This document shows positions 52,725-64,000 of a stretch of 64,000 nucleotides of DNA, in pieces (the stretch's first letter is position 1; each line of letters starts with the position of its first letter). The DNA lies in contig NC_135251.1 of assembly GCF_964204865.1 (NCBI RefSeq), positions 22,630,001-22,694,000 on the forward strand. Direction: 5' to 3'. A program made the position numbers and the translations under genes. Below the pieces are notes generated by a model, which was not told the origin of the DNA, searched no databases, and saw nothing but the letters and a program-made list of their open reading frames with translations. The stretch comes from Styela clava (lineage: Eukaryota).

Positions 52725-53040
52725 TTTTTCTGTGGGTAATCTGATCATATGTCAGCATCTGCACAAGTTTATAATGTCCTCCACTATTTTAATGAGTCAA
52801 TGACGTAGGTATGTGCCAAATCATATCAAGTTTATTTACATGTTTACTCTTACTGCATTTGCAGTCAATGTTTATGCTCATTTTTTAGCCTTTTTTCATT
52901 ACAGTTCTGCGGTAAACAACATCAATATGCTAATAAAGAAGCATTACAATCTTTCCAATAGTGTTCAACATGTTATGAAATATGGTGGTCGCGGTTTCAT
53001 CAATGCAAAAAATATTTGCCGGTTTAACAGCGTGATGCAA
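52725..53040 (+). pseudogene. Diverged internal duplicate: EN 3' fragment joined to the USP-start exon
   Basis: 52725-52777 resembles 51826-51877. 52800-53040 resembles 44328-44601 and reads SSAVNNINMLIKKHYNLSNSVQHVMKYGGRGFINAKNICRFNSVMQ. Confidence 0.85.
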
Positions 53041-56000
53041 TTATTGCAAATAGTTTTCGTGTCCATATATTTGAGCATTGCTCTCTTGTCTTGAATATCC
53101 TCAAATACTTGTAAACTTACCGTCTTTTCCACATTGGAGCCACATTACGTAATTCTCGTAATTTGACACGTGATCTACTTCAATACGATACCAGCGATCA
53201 ATCTCTGAAAAATATATTTTTGGACACTGTAGTGGACCTATGGATCGTTTCAATATTATGTTGTTGTTCTTTGACACTTTTTGGACACCTAGTGAAAAAT
53301 CTAAAAAGTCGCTTTTCTCTTTGATTACTGGACCAATTGCCTTAAATTTCTTAGTGGTTAAAGATGATTTTTTTCTCCAGAAGGCTATTACTTTTATTTA
53401 TTTCAAATATTTCTGTTAGCTCTGTGAAATTTGTTTTTGTTTGCTATGACACCGAACGTTCTGCGGACGCCTATGCTGGCACTCCTCTTCATGTTCTTTT
53501 GATCACGTGCCATCGAACGTCGTTGGTTTGTAACTGAATCCTTGCTTCGCTAAGATTTGAGGAATGGTGAATAGAGAATAGGGCCGTACGTGGTGTTATA
53601 TTGCAGTAGTGACTCGGATAGTTGGTATTACTACAGTTGTGAGTCGGACCATCTTGCAATTTCAATTCACGCTGTCACAAGACAGGAACTGCTGAAGATA
53701 GGGCAGTTCCGGTACCGTAACACAGCGCAGTGACACTGAACTAACTCGTATCTGTCTGGTAAAAGCGGGGCTTGTATTTTAAATTTTGTTCCAATAATGA
53801 AGAAGGGAATGAAACGGATTACTTAGTATTTCAATTCATGTTGCAATTGAATGGAGAAGAATAGATCATTGCCTGGTGAGTAGTCTGTGTAGTCGAATTA
53901 TCCATCAGCCCTAAACGTTTATGACAGTCACTGTACCGAAATTTGTACCCCGATTCAGGTGGTTTTAAGTTGACGCATGTTATTTAGTAACGTTTTATGT
54001 GAAATGTTCGACTGTGGTTCGGTACCTGATCCGGTAATACGGTACATAATTGACTCATATTACGAGATATTTCAATTGATGTTTTAATATAATCGAGAAT
54101 AATGGATCATTGTCACAGGATCTAAAATATCTACGACAGTCCCTGTACCGTCACAGTACCCCGATACAGGTACTGGTAAATCACCGCATATGATTTTTTG
54201 GGGAATTGTTCTGCGTGTCCATATATTTGAGCATTACTCTCTTGTTATTGATATTTTACTATAATTCAGTAATACCATGAATCGATTCAATTATGTGTCA
54301 TATTTCTATGACTATATGGTTTGATAGAGTGCTCCAAACTACTATTCCTCTCTCTATGCTTAATTGTAAGTGCAGTGATTCTCTAACTTTTATGGTACAC
54401 CCTTCCGAACACTCTTAACACTTGCGGTCACCTGCTCTTGATTTGCGTTTAATGGTCGGTCAGTTTGTTCGCCACGTTTAAGAATGGAAAACTCAACAAA
54501 CAAAAAAAAAGGAGAAATGCATTAAATTCAAAGAATTAAAAAAAACCACAGTTGATTTACTTTAAATCATTGTAGTTATCGTGGATGGTACTTGCGACGA
54601 TATTTACCTGTGATCCTCAGAGAATTGCTCTGTGGCCCCGAGGGCCCAGTTTGACAAATCCCGTGTTAGAGGGATTCGTATGCGATTAATGTAATGATAG
54701 TGTAGCTAGAATTAACATCACACTTTCACAAACATTTGTTATGTAACGATTTGTCTAACCAGAGTCAGACTTCCTCAGACAATCAGTTCACAATAATCAT
54801 TTAGTTTAAATCTAAGACGAAATGTTACAAGACAAAATATTTGAAAGCGTGATGCAAGAAATTTGAACCATTCAGCATTTAAAAAAAATAATTACATTAG
54901 TTTTACAACTACTTTTTTACCTTTAAACGCGTCTTTTTTTTGTCCCATCTTTTTTGCAGCATCAAGCCATAAAAACTCTGAATACATACATATATAAGTT
55001 AATTTGACATGATTAATTTGACAAAATATGGTATATATATATAAAAAAAAAGTCAGAAATACCTTATTTCGGGTCCAGGTTGTCAATGGAGTTTCCTCTT
55101 GTATACCAATGTACTGGTACGAAATCATATTTTTTAAATCCTCTTTGAAACGAAATAATAGTAAAATATTAGCAGTATATAATTTTAATGAATTGCTGAG
55201 AGTGAATCTGAATGAAAAATCGAATTCGCAAAGTTTTATTGAAAACTTTCAACTAATTCACGAGTACAGATGCTTAAAAATTAAAATGCCTTGGCAGATT
55301 ATGATTTATGATTGGAAAATTAATTAATCCAATACGTTTCTTTTTACATTTGAGAAGTAGACTTACTCTGGGGTAGTATAACTGTGCTTGAATTCGACGT
55401 CAACACCCTTGGAGGTTTCTTTGGCATTTATGAACGACCAGCAAGGAGCCTCTCTCACGAATACATCGCCAACATTCAACACCTGGTACCATTCATCAGG
55501 GAACTGTCAAAGAAACTTTACAATTTTATTCAACTTCAATTAGTTAATTACGAATTTACATTTTTGAATTTATTCTCTCCTAAAATACAATTGGTTGCTT
55601 CTAGGGCTGCAGTATGAACGATGCAGTGGTTTACAGGAAATTCGCTAGATGGCGCAGTTTCTACAGCAAAACCTTTCAGAACTCTATTACTGTACCTTTC
55701 TCGGATTGACTGTGACACACCTTACTATTAAAATTCATACGATATTTGGGTGCATTTCTCTCGATGGGAATAAGGCTAAGACACGCTGCTCTGGCACACA
55801 ATCACATCGAAATTTTTGACTAAGGGATCAATAGGTAATAGGGGCAAAGGTATCTCAGACTGTTTTACTACATATAATTTCAAAACTACGGGTATTGGTT
55901 GTATCAGGTATAACCTTGTACAAAGTTCGTTTGAGTGAAAGCAAGACGACGAAATAATATAGATAAGAGGAAACACTGCAAACTGGACTTCTTCTGCTTG

Positions 56001-57600
56001 TACAGTGGCGTATATAAGTTGTAAATTCTTGCTTCACTAAATATCTCGTTATTAAACATATAGTTACGCTCTTACGAAATTACCATGTTCCAATCTGTAT
56101 CTTCTAGTTTGGGTAGTGAGCATTCATTGTTTGTTTCATGATTTCCATTTACTATCAGGGTGACACAAAGAAGACACGCAAGATATGAGAGCTGCATTTT
56201 TTGACGTTAGTATTTTATATACTTTCTAACACTGTAAACAGGGTTAGTTATAGGGTCGTTAGTGAGAACTACAGGTACAACACATATAAATCTCAATTAC
56301 TATGCTCAGGCGCGACTGCATCGCTATTTTTAAGTTGTTACAAAGCTTCTTATAATGGCGATCCATTCTCAAACTTTTCTAGGGCATTTCGCGCATATTA
56401 AAACTTGCAGAAAATCATATAAATGTTTATTTCTTGTTGAAAAGTGTTAGATTTTTTTTTACCGCAGTAGAACTAATTAGTTGCTCAGTCCTTTCCAAAT
56501 CAAGACAAATACATTCCTTTAAAAAACTTAGATCCACGTATCCACGACTATGCACAAACCTATCTATACTCAGCTACAAATTAATTACAAAACTGCTTCC
56601 AATGCCTCATAATTTGCAAGACTTGAGTATTTGTTGACTTTCCATCGATATCATGACAGTATCAGGAAATAACAAAACGTTACGGAAATGTGCAAAGTTG
56701 CGTTATCTGTGATCAATCAATCAACTGAATGGCTTATGTATTCATAATGTGCCTCGTTTTGTGATGCAGATATAAATTATTGTTGAATGGTAACTTTAGG
56801 CTGGCTGAATAAATTAACGATGCAATGCACTGAAACATGTATATCGATGTATTCACGTACAATCCAATTTAGAAAAGATCACCATATATTATTGCATTTG
56901 GCAAACTGTAGCTGTATTATTATCCCATCCTGCACTAATTGTAATGTACTAAAAGAATATCTTCTGCAGTGGCCTGTGCCTTTGGTATACACCCGTATGT
57001 ACCGCTGAGCTGAAACATTAGCGAATAATTCAATACATTGCGTAAATAGAAATTTTCATCTACTCCAACTTTTCATCTTGTAATGTAGTAAGATAGTCAA
57101 ATAGTAGCTCAGTACAGTAAGTAGCAAATGCTAAAGTATAAATGTGCACTTTTGAATTACGATGTAGCATTTCACTGACATTTTGAAATTTCCAAATTAT
57201 TGCATGCGTAGTCTAATCATACGACATTGCGCATATATCTATATATGTCATTGACTATGTATGTACATCACTCGAATATTTTTAGATAAATATTAAGTTG
57301 GCTGTACATAGCATTGAATTTCTTATGTTTATGAGTTGGTTGTATTAAATATGACGTTAACAATCTTATACATTCATACAATACATTCATACAAATCATA
57401 TACATATAGAGCCAAGGTATATATATACATAAAGAGTCAACCAAATATGCATATACAGCAAATGTCATATGTACATACAGCCAGTGCCGTATGCGTACGC
57501 AGCCAATGTCATATTCATATACAGCCAAGTCCACATTCATGCCTTATATGCATATCTTATTATATCACTGTATATAGTATATACAAAATATATTGACTGT

Positions 57601-58430
57601 ATATCGTCACGCTAATAACCGAATTGCGTAAGTCATTTTTGGCGATTTTGAGTTTTTTATAAAATAGGTATTTATGTAATGCTGCGCACCTGTCTGTTAA
57701 CTTGGATTTTATTTTAGGAATTCCGAAACCCATAAAAATGGAGATTTAGTATGACATGCACATTTGTGCAATTGTTTCGTCATAAAGAATTATCCTTGTT
57801 ACCGCAGTACTATTGTGACGTCACAAAGGCAAAATAACCTCGGCGAAGTATTTTCGAGTTTTTGCATCTCGGATTCTAGCTTAGCGCGTATTAATTTGAA
57901 TTTTTACTACAGTATAGGAAGACGTACACTTGTGATATTCACTGTCCGAGTCTAATTTACCCTGGTTGGCATTTATATTGGGTGCATTGCTGTTTTATTC
58001 TTTATATTTAATCTTAGTCCTATTTCGGTGGGTGTGCAGAACGTGTTATATTGATGAAATATATATTTTTAAACATAAAAAAATGATTTAATTGAAACTG
58101 ATTAGCTATTTTGGGGATTAGACATTGTAGATACTGAGAATTACATTCGTTTTTGGAATGTTTAGTTTTCAGGACTGGTGCACATAGTGAAGTTGCAAAT
58201 TGCGTATGTCACCAAGTCATAGACACATTTCTGCCTAAGTCACAGTGCGCCATTATGACGTCACTTAACTGCGTCATACAAATTAACTTAAATCCGGCTA
58301 CGACCAAAAAATTGAACCATGTCAAATTATTGACTCTCAATTGCATAACAAAATCATTAGGAAGTTTTTTACGTTTTTCTCAAAACTGCTAAAAATGACT
58401 TACGCAATTCGGTTATTAGCGTGACGATAT
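57601..58430. mobile_element. Non-autonomous TIR element (830 bp)
   Basis: Perfect 40-bp TIR ATATCGTCACGCTAATAACCGAATTGCGTAAGTCATTTTT, extending imperfectly to ~52 bp. Inserted in a CATATA-rich degenerate minisatellite (~57215-58740). Confidence 0.9.
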
Positions 58431-59510
58431 GCATATGCCATGCATATGGCATTGGATGTATATGTACATTGAGTTTACTTTGTATACATATATACATTAC
58501 TTGAACGCCTTCATATTATACTGAATTGTTTGAAAATGTATATGACATTGGCTGTGTATGTACATCATCAAAATGATAATATATGTATATATATATATAC
58601 GAGTATATAGTCAGTTAACAGTATATGCATATTACATTGGCTGTATGTACATCACCTAAATGGCTGTATATGTGTATCGAACTGGTCGGATATGCATATG
58701 ACGTTGTCTGTACAAACATATTTTTGACTTGTATATCGCGATTTCGTTGAATGTTTAAATTAAGCTATGTGCGGTCAGTCAGATTTTACAATTTCAAATT
58801 TATTTTAGCTTCTTCCATAAATGGCCTACAATTAGTCGCTTCCAGTGCCCGTCTGAATTTTGTTAACGTTGATGGACGTATTACACCAACGGGCCACACC
58901 GGGAACCCCATTATGAACATGAGGTGCGACTACCACAGATTGAGAACCACTCCGCTACATCAAAAAGGTTGAGAAAAAAAAACTGCACTAATAAGGGTAC
59001 GGGATGACGAAGTCCGTACATTAAAGCCTCTCTTCAACCCCCCAAAACTCCACTAATCTGTTTGGTAGCTGAATCACACCCCACTATTCAGATTCTCATT
59101 CATAAATTTTTGGTCAATCTCCTCGATACGAATAGGGTTACGACACGCTACTTTGTCATACAAATACCATCGAAATCTTTGCCAAGGGTTAATGGCCAAT
59201 GGGATCTGTAAAAACGCGGACTTATTTACAAAAAAAAATTGAAACCATAATCCAAAACAAAAACAGAACCCATAAATTTTTTTAACCCTTTTTGAGGAAA
59301 AAAAAAAGGTATTCAATTTTGTTTGCGCTGGAACTTGTTTGTGCAAGATTGTGCCCAAGAGTTTGAATACGGTTTATTGCAAAAATGTAATAGTATGCTG
59401 ATACACGTCGGAATATATATTATTCATAGCAAGTATTTATATGTGCCGGGAATAAAAATGAATTGAAAGCATAAACAAATACATCGATTCCTGTGACTTT
59501 TGAAGCCTTT

Positions 59511-64000
<4,490 letters not shown>

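Larger units (their letters stand above)
42761..54252 (+). mobile_element. Helentron (Helitron2-type rolling-circle transposon) insertion, ~11.5 kb
   Basis: Contains the Rep-Hel-EN ORF. Bounded by the direct repeat ATTTTACTATA (42750-42760 and 54253-54263), with host lipocalin-like exons on both sides. Boundaries are inferred. Confidence 0.7.
42195..56197 (-). pseudogene. Secreted lipocalin-like gene interrupted by the Helentron insertion
   Basis: Exon 56084-56197 MQLSYLACLLCVTLIVNG (signal)..ECSLPKLEDTDWNM; exon 55367-55503 FPDEWYQVL..C (SCR1-like); exon 55063-55142 with an in-frame TAA at 55064-55066; exon 54921-54977; final exon 42195-42346 QRYIWIYTKTPQPTAEDILLVHNKL..GCVQSNIQD* (SCR3-like plus terminal Cys). 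Intron phases 0,2,1,1 fit lipocalin genes. Confidence 0.6.

Noticed and set aside
55643-55655. CTCF-like motif CGCTAGATGGCGC
   Set aside because: A single short motif with no supporting data; can arise by chance.

Overview
AT-rich, intron-containing animal genomic DNA; the compact introns and gene set would fit an ascidian-like invertebrate, but that is inference only. Host genes: a multiply disrupted ABCC4/MRP4-like pseudogene (-, 1-10022), two rolling-stone-like membrane protein paralogues (-, one frameshifted), an alpha-1,6-fucosyltransferase (FUT8/GT23)-like gene (+), a secreted lipocalin-like gene (-) split by an 11.5-kb insertion, and the NBD2 end of a second ABCC4-like gene (-, running off the window). 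Two mobile elements stand out. (1) A near-intact Helentron (Rep-PIF1 helicase-AP endonuclease) whose polyprotein begins with a USP/C19 deubiquitinase domain and an 18 x 15-aa basic repeat. It sits in an insert bounded by an 11-bp direct repeat, with internally repeated, permuted-looking ends. (2) A young, internally deleted LTR retroelement that keeps an uninterrupted 627-codon class III viral fusion glycoprotein (rhabdovirus G / herpesvirus gB-like) env frame. Introns and spacers hold many hAT, Tc1/mariner-type and piggyBac-type non-autonomous elements, some nested. All family assignments are by eye from motifs; no searches were run.
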